From Octopus vulgaris (taxonomy: Eukaryota): a stretch of DNA of 64,000 bases. Shown here in pieces: positions 25,311 through 39,600 of this stretch. The DNA lies in assembly GCA_951406725.2 (NCBI GenBank), contig OX597833.1, forward strand, positions 20,770,001 through 20,834,000. The letters are read 5' to 3'. The position numbers and the translations under genes are program-made. The first letter of the stretch is position 1. Every line of letters begins with the position of its first letter. Under the pieces are notes generated by a model. The model saw nothing but the letters and a program-made list of their open reading frames with translations. It did no database searches and was not told the DNA's origin.

Positions 25311-26202
25311 ATCTATACTTATATTTATATTTACTTATATTTATATTCTCTTTTTTATATATATCCTACTTATTATACAACATTACTCTTTTATGTACAC
25401 TTTTTTATGTACATTCCTTTATGTACACTGATTTGTTCTGCTTTTTTATGTTTAACCCTACAGTCTCTTATGTGGTGGTTTAATAAAGTATGTGATTGAG
25501 TATTATCTGATAATTGATATTTGATTTTGATGTATTTCTCCATTTTCTTATCTTGTATATAAATATATATACATACAATTACAAATTGAGATAGGGATTG
25601 TGAATGCAACCCACCATGGGATAACAAGTATCCAATATACTGCTAGTAAAGCACCCAACAAAGTTAATACATAAATGTTAAGAATTGCGATGCAATTAAT
25701 TCATTTACTGTATTATATGGGCAAAGGTAAAATGTTTTACCACAAATTAATAATACAAAACAAGAAAATGGAGAAACACATCTTAATCAATGATCAACTA
25801 CCAGATAATACCCAATCACATAATTTATTAAACCACTACATATGAACTTTAGGGTCAAACATAATAATATAGAACAAAACAATGTACATGAATGAGTAAT
25901 ATGATACAATAAGTACAGTATGTATAAGTGAATATAAATAAATACAAATATATGTAGTTTATATTTGTATTTATTTATATTCACTTATACATACTGTACT
26001 TATTGTATCTTATTACTCATTGATGTACATTGTTTTGTTCTATATTATTATGTTTGACCTTAATGTTCATATGTAGTGGTTTAATAAATCATGTGATTGG
26101 GTATTATCGGGTAGTTGATTATTGATTAAGATGTATTTCTCCATTTCCTTATTTTGTATATATACATACATAAATAAATACATACATATATATATATGTA
26201 TA

Positions 26203-27190
26203 TCATCATCATCATCATCATCATCGTTTAACGTCCGCTTTCCGCGCTAGCACGGGTTGGACGGTTTGACCGGGTCTGGGAAGCCAGGGGCCGCACCAGG
26301 CTCCAGTCTGAATCTGGCAGAGTTTCTACGGCTGGATGCCCTTCCTAACGCCAACCACTCCGTGAGTGGATTGGGTGCTTTTTACGTGCCACCTGCACAG
26401 GGGCCGGAGGGTCCGGCATCGTCACGATCGGTTCGAGCATTTTAACGTGTCAGCGGCACGGGGGCAACGAGGTCCGGGGTACTTTGGGGATCCAGGGTAC
26501 TTTGGGGATCCGGGGTACTTATAATGAGTAGGGGGTATGTGGAATTGCTGCAGAAAGCAGCCCGGGTCTTTGTAGTCACAGCATTTATCGTCACTGAGTA
26601 AGGAAGGGTTGGTGTAGGTTTCTAAGAAATAAAGACATTCGTTATCGTCACTGAGTAACGTTATTAGGTAGAGGAAAGAATACAGATATTCTAGAGTTGA
26701 GTTGGGGAGAGGGGGGTGCAGTTGAGGTGGGTAATATAGGGGATCAACCAGTAGGGAAGGTTGGGGTAAGGAGGAACGATGGCAGGAAGGGTTGGTGTAG
26801 GTTCCTAAGAAATAAAAACGTAGGATATTACGAGGCGGGAGGGTGCTAAAGGGGGATAGTCGGAATGAAGCAGTGTCAGGAGGAAGCGTAAGATCGGTGG
26901 GCAGTTGATGAGCTATGGCGCTAGCAGCTTGTCTTTTCACAGTGAAAGCATATGAGGAGAAGGGGTAGTGGGGGGAGGAGGAGGGAGTAGGGCGTACCCG
27001 GTGTAGATGAGTAAGGCGTATCCGGTGTAGATGGTGAGGACAGGGTATACTGGTATTGGTGGTGGGGGGTGAGGAACAGTGTTCACCAGTATTGGTGGTG
27101 TTGGCGGTGAGAACAGTGTTCACCGGTATTGGTGGTGGGGGTGAGAACAGTGTTCATCGGTATTGGTGGTGGGGGTGGGGGGCGGGCGCA
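26203..27190 (-). mobile_element. GC-rich body and (GAT)n-tailed 3' end of a young non-autonomous retroelement, contiguous with the 317-bp array
   Basis: CpG-rich, with internal 18-bp and ~33-bp repeats. On the minus strand it ends in the family tail ...ccgtccaacccgtgctagcgcggaaagcggacgttaaacgatgatg. Confidence 0.6.
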
Positions 27191-30100
27191 CCGCCAATGG
27201 CTGAAAGATGGAAAGAGAAGGGAAGAGATGGGATTACGGCTTGAGGTAGCCTCGCCTAAGGTTAAATTTTGTAGAGAGAGAGATAGAAAGATAAATCAAG
27301 TTATGGCGAAGGCTTGAAAGTAGCCTTAAAAGGTTAAATTTTCGTAACAATGTATGAATAAACGTAGTAACAACGAATAGAAATATTAAGATAAATTTTT
27401 AAAGAACTTGCTGCGGACATCGGTCGGGAGTTGAAATTGAAGAAGTAAGTTAGTTGAATTGGGAATTTAAATTGTAGAATCGTAATGGTAAGAGGAGGAA
27501 AAAAGACCGCCAAATGGCTGAAAGATGGAAAGAGATGGGAAGAGATGGGATTACGGCTTGAGGTAGCCTCGCCTAAGGTTAAATTTTGTAGAGAGAGAGA
27601 TAGAAAGATAAATCAAGTTATGGCGAAGGCTTGAAAGTAGCCTTAAAAGGTTAAATTTTCGTAACAATGTATGAATAAACGTAGTAACAACGAATAGAAA
27701 TATTAAGATAAATTTTTAAAGAACTTGCTGCGGACATCGGTCGGGAGTTGAAATTGAAGAAGTAAGTTAGTTGAATTGGGAATTTAAATTGTAGAATCGT
27801 AATGGTAAGAGGAGGAAAAAGACCGCCAAATGGCTGAAAGATGGAAAGAGATGGGAAGAGATGGGATTACGGCTTGAGGTAGCCTCGCCTAAGGTTAAAT
27901 TTTGTAGAGAGAGAGATAGAAAGATAAATCAAGTTATGGCGAAGGCTTGAAAGTAGCCTTAAAAGGTTAAATTTTCGTAACAATGTATGAATAAACGTAG
28001 TAACAACGAATAGAAATATTAAGATAAATTTTTAAAGAACTTGCTGCGGACATCGGTCGGGAGTTGAAATTGAAGAAGTAAGTTAGTTGAATTGGGAATT
28101 TAAATTGTAGAATCGTAATGGTAAGAGGAGGAAAAAAGACCGCCAAATGGCTGAAAGATGGAAAGAGATGGGAAGAGATGGGATTACGGCTTGAGGTAGC
28201 CTCGCCTAAGGTTAAATTTTGTAGAGAGAGAGATAGAAAGATAAATCAAGTTATGGCGAAGGCTTGAAAGTAGCCTTAAAAGGTTAAATTTTCGTAACAA
28301 TGTATGAATAAACGTAGTAACAACGAATAGAAATATTAAGATAAATTTTTAAAGAACTTGCTGCGGACATCGGTCGGGAGTTGAAATTGAAGAAGTAAGT
28401 TAGTTGAATTGGGAATTTAAATTGTAGAATCGTAATGGTAAGAGGAGGAAAAAAGACCGCCAAATGGCTGAAAGATGGAAAGAGATGGGAAGAGATGGGA
28501 TTACGGCTTGAGGTAGCCTCGCCTAAGGTTAAATTTTGTAGAGAGAGAGATAGAAAGATAAATCAAGTTATGGCGAAGGCTTGAAAGTAGCCTTAAAAGG
28601 TTAAATTTTCGTAACAATGTATGAATAAACGTAGTAACAACGAATAGAAATATTAAGATAAATTTTTAAAGAACTTGCTGCGGACATCGGTCGGGAGTTG
28701 AAATTGAAGAAGTAAGTTAGTTGAATTGGGAATTTAAATTGTAGAATCGTAATGGTAAGAGGAGGAAAAAAGACCGCCAAATGGCTGAAAGATGGAAAGA
28801 GATGGGAAGAGATGGGATTACGGCTTGAGGTAGCCTCGCCTAAGGTTAAATTTTGTAGAGAGAGAGATAGAAAGATAAATCAAGTTATGGCGAAGGCTTG
28901 AAAGTAGCCTTAAAAGGTTAAATTTTCGTAACAATGTATGAATAAACGTAGTAACAACGAATAGAAATATTAAGATAAATTTTTAAAGAACTTGCTGCGG
29001 ACATCGGTCGGGAGTTGAAATTGAAGAAGTAAGTTAGTTGAATTGGGAATTTAAATTGTAGAATCGTAATGGTAAGAGGAGGAAAAAAAGACCGCCAAAT
29101 GGCTGAAAGATGGAAAGAGATGGGAAGAGATGGGATTACGGCTTGAGGTAGCCTCGCCTAAGGTTAAATTTTGTAGAGAGAGAGATAGAAAGATAAATCA
29201 AGTTATGGCGAAGGCTTGAAAGTAGCCTTAAAAGGTTAAATTTTCGTAACAATGTATGAATAAACGTAGTAACAACGAATAGAAATATTAAGATAAATTT
29301 TTAAAGAACTTGCTGCGGACATCGGTCGGGAGTTGAAATTGAAGAAGTAAGTTAGTTGAATTGGGAATTTAAATTGTAGAATCGTAATGGTAAGAGGAGG
29401 AAAAAAGACCGCCAAATGGCTGAAAGATGGAAAGAGATGGGAAGAGATGGGATTACGGCTTGAGGTAGCCTCGCCTAAGGTTAAATTTTGTAGAGAGAGA
29501 GATAGAAAGATAAATCAAGTTATGGCGAAGGCTTGAAAGTAGCCTTAAAAGGTTAAATTTTCGTAACAATGTATGAATAAACGTAGTAACAACGAATAGA
29601 AATATTAAGATAAATTTTTAAAGAACTTGCTGCGGACATCGGTCGGGAGTTGAAATTGAAGAAGTAAGTTAGTTGAATTGGGAATTTAAATTGTAGAATC
29701 GTAATGGTAAGAGGAGGAAAAAAGACCGCCAAATGGCTGAAAGATGGAAAGAGATGGGAAGAGATGGGATTACGGCTTGAGGTAGCCTCGCCTAAGGTTA
29801 AATTTTGTAGAGAGAGAGATAGAAAGATAAATCAAGTTATGGCGAAGGCTTGAAAGTAGCCTTAAAAGGTTAAATTTTCGTAACAATGTATGAATAAACG
29901 TAGTAACAACGAATAGAAATATTAAGATAAATTTTTAAAGAACTTGCTGCGGACATCGGTCGGGAGTTGAAATTGAAGAAGTAAGTTAGTTGAATTGGGA
30001 ATTTAAATTGTAGAATCGTAATGGTAAGAGGAGGAAAAAAGACCGCCAAATGGCTGAAAGATGGAAAGAGATGGGAAGAGATGGGATTACGGCTTGAGGT

Positions 30101-30377
30101 AGCTTCGCCTAAGGTTAAATTTTGTAGAGAGAGAGATAGAAAGATAAATCAAGTTATGGCGAAGGCTTGAAAGTAGCCTTAAAAGGTTAAATTTTCGTAA
30201 CAATGTATGAATAAACGTAGTAACAACGAATAGAAATATTAAGATAAATTTTTAAAGAACTTGCTGCGGACATCGGTCGGGAGTTGAAATTGAAGAAGTA
30301 AGTTAGTTGAATTGGGAATTTAAATTGTAGAATCGTAATGGTAAGAGGAGGAAAAAAGACCGCCAAATGGCTGAAAG
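27191..30377. repeat. Tandem array of ten near-identical ~317-bp units plus an 18-bp partial
   Basis: Units start at about 27191, 27507, 27823, 28140, 28457, 28774, 29092, 29409, 29726, 30043 and 30360 (ccgccaaatggctgaaag). Differences are almost only in A-run length. Confidence 0.97.
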
Positions 30378-33300
30378 ATATATATATATATATGTATGTA
30401 TTTATACATAAATAAATACATACATATATATATATATATATGTATATATATACATAAATAAATACATACATATATATATATGTATATATATATATATATG
30501 TATGTGTCGGTGGCACGTAAAAGCACCATCCGTTCGTGTCCGTTGCCAGCATCGCCTGGCCCCGTGCCGGTGACACGTAAAAGCACCATCCATTCGTGGC
30601 CGTTCGCCAGCTCTGTCTGGCACCTGTGCAGGTGGCACGTAAAAAAACACCCACTACACTCGCGGAGTGGTTGGCGTTAGGAAGGGCATCCAGCCGTAGA
30701 AACACTGCCAGATCTGACTGGGCCTGACGAAGCCTTCCAGCTTCACAGACCCCAGTTGACCCGTCCAACCCATGCTAGCATGGAAAGCGGACGCTAAACG
30801 ATGATGATGATGATGATGATATATATATATACACACACACACGTGTGTGTGTGTGTCTTTGTGTTTGTCTCCGACCACTGTATAACAATGAGTGTTGGTT
30901 TGTTTATGTCCCCATAACTAAGCACTTTGGCAAGGAGTCACCAATACAATAAGTACCAAGCTTTAAGAATAAGTACTGAGGTTGATTCATTGAACTAAAA
31001 CTGTCCAAGGCAGAGCCCCAGTATGTTTTCAGGCCAAGAACTGAAACAAGTGGAAAAGATTTGGTTGCTATTTCTAACAGATCAAGCAACCAGATAGAGG
31101 CTACATAATTAGCTCACGAGAAGTAAGTCATATTATTTATTTCTTTATTGCCCACAGGGGGCTAAACATAGAGGGGACAAACAAGGACAAAGGGATTAAG
31201 TCGATTACATCGACTCCAGTGCATAACTGGCACTTATTTAATCGACCGGGAAAGGATGAATGGCAAAGTCGACCTCGACAGAATTTGAACTCAGCAGCAA
31301 GTGAAGTGTATCTATGTCAATCCACGGCAGTTTTGACAATAAATTATTAACAAAATAATGGCAGTGCCCCACATGACTGCAGTTCTTGAGCTGAAACTAA
31401 AGAATTAAAATTAGTTTAAGAAAGGTATTAAAGTTTCAGAAGAATTGCTCTTTTTTTTTTTTTTTTTGTAAATCATTGATTAAAGTATGTTAACTTTCCA
31501 CCAACCTGATAATCACCATTGACCATGCTTCCTCCCCTATTTGTCATTCATTGTATCACCTATATTGTCATATTCCTTATCTTTAACCATCTCTAATTCA
31601 CTTCACATTCTTGTGAACTTACCTCATTCTCTGCCCCTATCTTCACATCACTTGTTCCTCTGTCCTCATCCTCCACATATTCACCCTCTTGTACCTTGAG
31701 GGGATGCTCTGATACCTCATCACCACCATCTTCTCTCCTACTCCTGCTGGGAGTAGCCATGTGTCTCTTCTACAACAAGACACGTAGTCCTATCCCCCTC
31801 TCATACTTTTGCTTCTCAACACCTGTCATAAGCCACCTCTTTTAACAGTCTAAACTCCCCTCAATTAAGGGGTCTGGTCTTGCAAGCTACTTGGTGATCT
31901 CACTGGTGCTGGTGCCACATAAAAAAAGTACCCAACACACTCTGTAAACTGGTTGATGTGAGGAAGGGAATCTAGCTGTAGAAACCCTGACAAAGTTGAC
32001 ACTGGAGTACAACACAACCTTCTGACCTCTTGGATCCGGCCAAACTACCCAACCCATGGTATATATTCCATATATGATGAAGAAAATAATAGATGTTATA
32101 AAACTGTATTTACTTTGTACAATGTGATCTTAAATGCACTGCAAACTCTATTTTTTTCTCACATGTTTACATATATTTTTTACACTCAGATATAATATGC
32201 CCTGGCATTACATAGAAGTAAATATATTAAAAAAATGCCTTATGGGTGTTATTTATGATACAAAGAAAGTTACAGCACATGTGTACTTGTCATGAATCCT
32301 GTCAGAAATTTTCTGCAAACTGCTATCATGATTTTCAATCTGTCAAAATTTTTTTTTCTTGTCACACACAAGAATCTCTGATTTCCAAACCTGCTTGGTC
32401 TGTGAAACAATGGAAAGACTTGAAACAAGCAGCACCAAAAAAATGCAAAAAAAAAAAAAAAGATGATGATGAGAAGAGGAGGAGGAGGAGGAGCAGGAGG
32501 ATTTCTATAATTGTCACAGGTTACAATTTGTGCTGGGGACTTACATAAAAATCAGGTGAGAAGGGAAACAAAAATGGTTGAGAGGAATGAAATGAAAATT
32601 ATACATGGTTAACAAAATATATGAATTAAAGACCTCCTTTCAATTATGAATGACCATAGGATTGCACGTAGAAAGTTCCCCTCCGAGGCACTAGTCCAGG
32701 CAAAGTTTTTCCCTTGCATACCAGCCTCCCTACTCTTCATCACCGATTTTATCCAAGGGAAAGATGAAGGCCAATAATCCTTTCCACTAAAGGCACAAGG
32801 CCTGAACATAATCCGTTCTACTATAGGCACAAGGCCTGGAATTTATGGAGATGGGGATAGTCACATTGACCCCCAGTACTTGACTGGTACTTGATTTATC
32901 ACCTCCAAGAGGCCGAAAGGATGAAAGGCAAAGTTGATATCAATGGAATTTGAACTCAGAATGCAAAGAGAGATAAAATGCCGCTAAGGATTTTGCCCGG
33001 TGTGCTAACGATCCTGCCAGCTCACCACCTTAATAATAATAATAATAACAACGATAATTTTTGGCATAAGGCCAGCAATTTAGAAGGGATGGGGAAGTTG
33101 ATTACATAAGCCCTAATGTTCAACTGGTACTTATTCTATCACCCCAATCCTGAAAGGATGGCAGGCAAATTCTACTTCAGCGGCATTTGAACTCAAAGCA
33201 TAAAGCCAGATGAAATGCTGCCATAGAACCCATGCCAAACCTTGACACAGTTTTCACAGGCGTAGGAGTGGCTGTGTGGTAAGTAGCTTGCTTACCAACC

Positions 33301-33429
33301 ACATGGTTCTGGGTTCAGTCCCACTGTGTGGCACCTTGGGCAAGTGTCTTCTACTATAGCCTCGAGCCGACTAAAGCCTTGTGGGTGGATTTGGTAGACG
33401 GAAACTGAAAGAAGCCCATCGTATATATG

Positions 33430-33480
<51 letters not shown>

Positions 33481-34074
33481 ATATGTGTTTGTGTCTGTGT
33501 TTGTCCCCCCAATATCGCTTGACAACTGATGCTGGTGTGTTTATGTCCCCCTAACTTAGCATTTCGGCCAAAGAGAACGATAGAATGAGTACTAGGTTTA
33601 CAAAGAATAAGTCCTGGGGTCGATTTGATCGACTAAAGGCAGAGCTCTAGCATGGCCACAGTCAAATGACTGAAACAAGTAAAAGAGTAACTTGCCAGCT
33701 CTTGTCAAACCATCCAACCCATGCCAGTATTGAAGGAGGACGATAAAAGATGATGATGATGGGATGTATGTATGTATGTATGTATGTATATATGTTGTAT
33801 GTATGTATGTATAATTGTTTGTGTCCCTTACCACTGGTACTTGACAACTAGTGTTGGTTTGTTTACATCCCTGTAACTTAGCAGTTTGGCAAAAGAGACT
33901 AATAGAACATGTACCAGACTTAAAAATAAAAATAAAAACCGTAAGTACTGGGTTCAATTTGTTCAACTAATATTACACAAGGTGGTGTCCAGTATGGTCA
34001 GAGTCCAAGGACAGAAGCATGTAAAAGACAGAAGATAAAAGAAAGATAAAAGATATTACAAGGTTTACACTTAC

Positions 34075-34230
34075 TTCTTGTGCAAGAGCTGCTCTGGATT
34101 TCGGATTCAAGTTGGCTCCTAGTCCTCGAATTAAACACACAGCAAAGTGCGCTTTGCTTTTAGCTTGGCCAAGATGTGAAAGGCCATTTTTTAAAATACC
34201 AACCAAGCTGGTCTCCACAACCAAGTCGTT
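34075..34230 (-). CDS. DYNC2H1: Dynein-2 heavy chain exon: NDLVVETSLVGILKNGLSHL...LIRGLGANL...AQE
   Basis: VVETSLVG and NGLSHL recalled as dynein-2-type sequence. ccag / gtaag boundaries, 156 nt. Confidence 0.93.
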
Positions 34231-34922
34231 CTGGAATAATCGGAAAACAATGGTAAGGGTTTTTCTATGCTTGATTTTATTCTTACAGAAGCAAGATTAT
34301 GGTAAATGTTTTTTGCAAAATATCATCATCATCATCATTTAATGTTCACTTTTCCATACTTGCATGGGTCAGATGATGAAATTTGTCGAGGCATGTTTTC
34401 TACGGCTGGATGTCCTTCCTGTTGCCAACCCTCCCCTGTTTCCAAACAAGGTAATAATATTTCCCCTTGACTAGGCATATTTTCTACAGAAAACTGGAAA
34501 TGAACTTCATGCTTGTTTCTATCCATCACATGATGTCAAGACAAGGACACACACACACACATGTATCTATATACGTATATACACACACACATACACGTGT
34601 ATGTATGTTACATCAATGTTAATTTCAATGGTATTTTCTATAGGGTTGTCCGGAAAGTTCATGCCGATTTATAGTAGCTTACCTTTCGACTTATTTTAGA
34701 ACATGGTTGAGTCCATAAAATAGGATCTATGAAAATCATGGGGAGAAATGTTACCTTGTTTGGAAACAGGTGAGGTGTCAAGCTGTAAGAAAATCAGCCT
34801 CAACAAATTGCGTCTGAACCATGCAAGCACAGGAAAGAGGATGTTAAATGATGATAATGGTGATGATGATGATGAGTGTAATTAAGGTGAAGAAGATCTG
34901 TCAAAGGTTAAGTGTCTCTCAC

Positions 34923-35052
34923 CTGCCTGATGACCCAGTCAAGAGCGCTGTAGAAATAGTCGTCTATCCAGGTATTGAGCTTCAGCTGTTGCAGTTCGTC
35001 CTGACTCTGCAGCCATGACTGCACCAAGCCTTTCATGTTTATGTTTTCATCA
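34923..35052 (-). CDS. DYNC2H1: Dynein-2 heavy chain exon: (S)DENINMKGLVQSWL...ALDWVIRQ
   Basis: Within ORF 34908..35120. ccag / gtgag boundaries, 130 nt, phase continuous. Confidence 0.92.
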
Positions 35053-36618
35053 CTGGCAGCAAATAGCATCAAGAAAAAAAATAAGTATGAATAAGAAAAA
35101 AAAATGAAAAAAAAACCCACACAGAAAACAAACGTAGTTAGGAGAAAACTAAGCTAAATATTTCAAGCAACTCAAATGAATAAGTTTAAGTTTCATTTTG
35201 TTGTATTTTGGGAGGGTCATTATATCAATAAACACATGCAGTGACTCTATGTCACTTCTTTTAATATTATTACACTGTGTAACAAAATTTAATTTTTTTT
35301 TGTCTTTAGTCAATAAGTGATATTTCCTATAGGAGTGGATCTGTGGTAAGTAGCTTGCTTAACAACCACATGGTTCCGGGTTCAGTGACACTGCATGGCA
35401 CCTTGGGCAAGTGTCTTCTACTATAGCTTCGGGCTGACTAAAGCCTTGTGAGTGGATTTGGTAGACGGACGGAAACTGAAAGAAGCCCGTCGTATATATA
35501 TGTATATATATGTGTGCGTGTGTTTGTGTGTCTGTGTTTGTCCCCCCCAACATCACTTGACAACCGATGCTGGTGTGTTTACACTCCTGTAACTTAGTGG
35601 TTCAGCAAAAGAGACTGATAGAATAAGTACTAGGCTTACAAAGAATAAGTCCTGGGGTCGATTTGCTTGACTAAAGGTGGTGCTCCAGCATGGCTGCAGT
35701 CAAGTGACTAAAACAAGTAAAAGAGTAAAAGAGTATCTAGAAATCAAAGGAAATGACTGCTACTCCCTCCAAACTTTTGCTGTTGCCAACCCTCACCCAT
35801 TTTCAAGCATGTTTTGAAATTGAACTGTTTTCCATTACATTTCAGACTGATTCAGTGCTGAGTTGCTGAAGCAGAAATATCGTTATAGCAAATATTCTAC
35901 TCAATACTACAGACTTGCTTGTTAGTTGCTTGACCTTAACCACTGGAGCATGTTCCTTAATGGCTGAGAATATCCAAATCTCTGATTGTGGGCAGGAGTA
36001 GTGAGGAGCATCATAGCTATGTCTTGAGAAGGATTCTTTAGGATTTGAATAAATATAGTAACAAAAGCAAAGCCTGAAGGAACTATTAGCCACTTTTCAT
36101 ACTTTCTAGGGGTAAGCAAATAGGAAATAAGAGTTGCTGTCCAAGGACAAAACTTGTGTTACACAGTGTTATTAATTGTCAATTGGTGAAACATTTAACT
36201 AATTAACTAGTCAATTATTTGATTAAATCTTCAGTCAATCAATAAATCAGCAAGGTGGTAGTGTGCTGTAAGAATTGTTACAGTGCTGTGCCAAATGCTT
36301 GGTAATATTTCATCTGTCTTTATGTTCTGAGTTCAAGTTCTGCCAAGGTTGGTTTTGCCTTTGATCCTTTCGGGGTCAATAAAATAAGTACCCATTGAGG
36401 AGTGGGGTTGATGTAATTGACTTAATCCCTCCCCTACTGAAATTGCTGGTATTGTACCAAAATTTGAAACCAATAATTCAGCCTGGTTTGTCAAAGTCCT
36501 TTCGTTGCCATTCACGACATCATCAATGATATGCCTTCTGGATTCCAAATCTTCTTCTGAATGATTAATCAATCAACTGATTGGTTAATTAATTAAATGA
36601 TTAACCAACTGACGAATG

Positions 36619-36661
<43 letters not shown>

Positions 36662-36899
36662 TAATAATAATCCTTTCAACTAAAGGCACAAGGCCTGAAA
36701 TTTGTAGGGGAGGGGACTAGATGATTACACTGACCCCAGTGTTTCACAGCTACTTAATCAATCGACCCTGAAAGGATGAAAGGCAAAGTTGACCTTGGCA
36801 GAACTTGAACTCAGATCATGCAGACAGACAAAATGCTGCTAAGCATTTTGCCCAGCATGCTAGCTCACCGCCTTACTACTACTACTACTACTAACTAAC

Positions 36900-36929
<30 letters not shown>

Positions 36930-36930
<1 letters not shown>

Positions 36931-37420
36931 CCTCCTCATTGATATGACTGTCCCAATCGATATAAACGTATCTGTCAAGACCTACCAAAAACTGAGCAAA
37001 TATAAAGATCTTGAAATAGAAATCAGCAAAATGTGGAAGCTGAAGACTAAAACAATACTTGTTGTCATAGGTGCCCTGGGAATGATAGCGAAAGGGACTG
37101 ATTGCTACCTAACTCAGATACCAGGAAACCCCAAAATGGCAGAAATTCAAAAGATAGTGCTCATGGGAACTGCTCATATCCTACGCAAAATACTCTCTAT
37201 GTAATCCCAAGGTTTAAAACAAACTTTTTTTTTATTTATTTATTTTTTATTTTATTTATTTTATTTTTTTTATGTATTAGACATTCACTAGTACAACACC
37301 AAAAAAAAAAAAAAAAAACCCAAATATATGGCACAGAACTTCTAACCTGTTGTCTCTTGAGGTCTCTGGGTGAGACTTGGAGCCAACTTGTACAAACATA
37401 AAGCAAAAGTCAAACAGAAT
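36930..37420 (+). mobile_element. R4/Dong-like LINE 3' end (restriction-like endonuclease) inserted in (TAA)n
   Basis: LIDMTVP...KLSKYKDLEIEISKMW...VVIGALG, flanked on both sides by aat repeats. Dong elements are known to target TAA repeats. Confidence 0.8.
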
Positions 37421-38971
37421 AATAATAATAACAGAAGTGAAACTGAACCAGTGTGTGTGCTTAGTATTGGCATAATGACACTACCAAGATACAACAAAAT
37501 ATATTTCAACACAAGAATCTTGCAAACTCAATACAAAAATTAAATATAAGTTTCATTAAGTTAAAAAAAAAAAAAAAACAAGAAAGAAAAAGAAGAAAAA
37601 GAAAAACGAAAATTTGAATCAATTTAGATACTGGCTTTGGATGAGGTTTTTTTTTTGTTTGCCAAAAATGGCAATTCAATCAGAATGTTCTAAAAATCCT
37701 AAGTGAATTTCATTAACGATGTCATCATTAAGTAAATAAAATGAATTCTGATATTTTCTGAGAAGGTAGGCTGTTACTGACTTCATCTGTGCTGAAGCTA
37801 ATTAATGAAGATGAATTCCCAGGATGTATGTATCTACCACCATACTTACACACTGGACACAGACGACTATTTTTATTGGCAAAGATGGAATGGCTCTCAC
37901 ACACGCACACACATGAATATATGTGTGTATGTGTATGCCTAAGTGTATTGATATCACAGTATCATGGTATTGAACAGAATATTGGATGTTACACTTCATT
38001 GGCCATAATGCACTTTGAACTGTTTTAGCTTCCAAATGATTCCACCCCGCTGGCTAGACGAGTAAGTAAACACTTTCCCTGATTGGAAGACCATTCCGTT
38101 TCAGGAATTCCATTTATAGCTGAGTTGACTGGCGCAATGTAAAATTAAGTGTTTTGCTCAATAACACAACATGCCACCCACTCAGGAAGTGAACCCATGA
38201 CCTTGCAATTGTGAGTGCAATGATCTAACCACTAGGCCACATACCTTTACATGTATTGATATATGGTGAGTAAAATTATATGAACAAATAAAAATACAGT
38301 ACTAATTGTACATCATCATCATTGTCATCATCGTTTCATGTCCACCTTCATGCTGGCATGGGTTGGACGGTTTGACAAGAAAGAGCTGGCCAGGCAGAAG
38401 ACTGCACCAGACTTCTACGTCTGTTTCGGCATGGTTTTTACAGCTAGATGCCTTTCCAAACACCAACCACCCTGCAGTGTGGGCAGAGTGCTTTTTACAT
38501 GGCACCAGGTACAGGTGAGATCAGTTTTGGCATGGTTTTTACAGCTGAATTTGCTTCCAAATGCCTACCACTTTACAGTTGGGACTGAATGCATTTTAAG
38601 AGGCACCATCATTGGCAATTCATTTCTAAGTGTAGAACTCGAAGTAGATAAAACTATAAATAGTAACTTGTAAATATTGGGGTAAAAAAATAACCCTTTC
38701 AGAGAGAAAAAGTCAAAGGATGTCCATGGGGCTTGAACCCACATCAGCAAGCATGACAGGAGTTCTACCATTAGACTAAAGCAACCCTTTAAATTGTCTC
38801 TATCTATTTTAGAAGCTATGTACTTACTAATGAGAATTGTATGTTGTTTACATTATAAGAATTTAGAAACTCTGAGACAAAGTGAAATAATTTGTTTTAA
38901 CTGTACATATAAACCTATAAATAATAACATGTGTATATGTATAATATATGCATATGTATAATATATGTGTG

Positions 38972-39018
<47 letters not shown>

Positions 39019-39416
39019 ATAATATATGCACAGGAGTGACTGTGTGGTAAGTAGCTTGCTTACCAACCACATGGTTCCGGGTTCAGTCCCACTGTGTGGC
39101 ATCTTGGGCAAGTGTCTTCTACTATAGCCTTGGGCCGACCAAAGCCTTGTGAGTGGATTTGGTAGACGGAAACTGAAAGAAGCTTGTCGTATATATGTAT
39201 ATATATATGTATGTGTGTATGTTTCTGTGTCTGTCCCCCTAGCATTGCTTGACAACTGATGCTGGTGTGTTTATGTCCCTGTCACTTAGCGGTTCAGCAA
39301 AAGAGACCGACAGAATAAGTACTAGTCTTACAAAGAATAAATCCTGGGGACAATTTGCTTGACTAAAGGCGGTACTCCAGCATGGCTGCAGTCAAATGAC
39401 TGAAACAAGTAAAAGA

Positions 39417-39450
<34 letters not shown>

Positions 39451-39600
39451 CGTAAGGGGGATTAGCCATCTGAATGTGGCTAGGGACAGGGCGGGTGGTG
39501 GGGGTGTTACTGATGCTTTTAGCCCCAGGCGATCATCAACGTCACCAGAAGGGCTGACACCATCTCAGTATCCTTGTTTGCCTCGAAGATACGGATACTA

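Noticed and set aside
26422-27123. 233-aa Pro/Ser/His-rich ORF as a real gene
   Set aside because: Non-ATG start, low complexity, built from internal repeats, no domain motif.
27191-30377. Array as CRISPR, rDNA or tRNA cluster, or retrozyme multimer
   Set aside because: No spacers, no recognisable 5S or tRNA structure, and no hammerhead core found by eye in the monomer.
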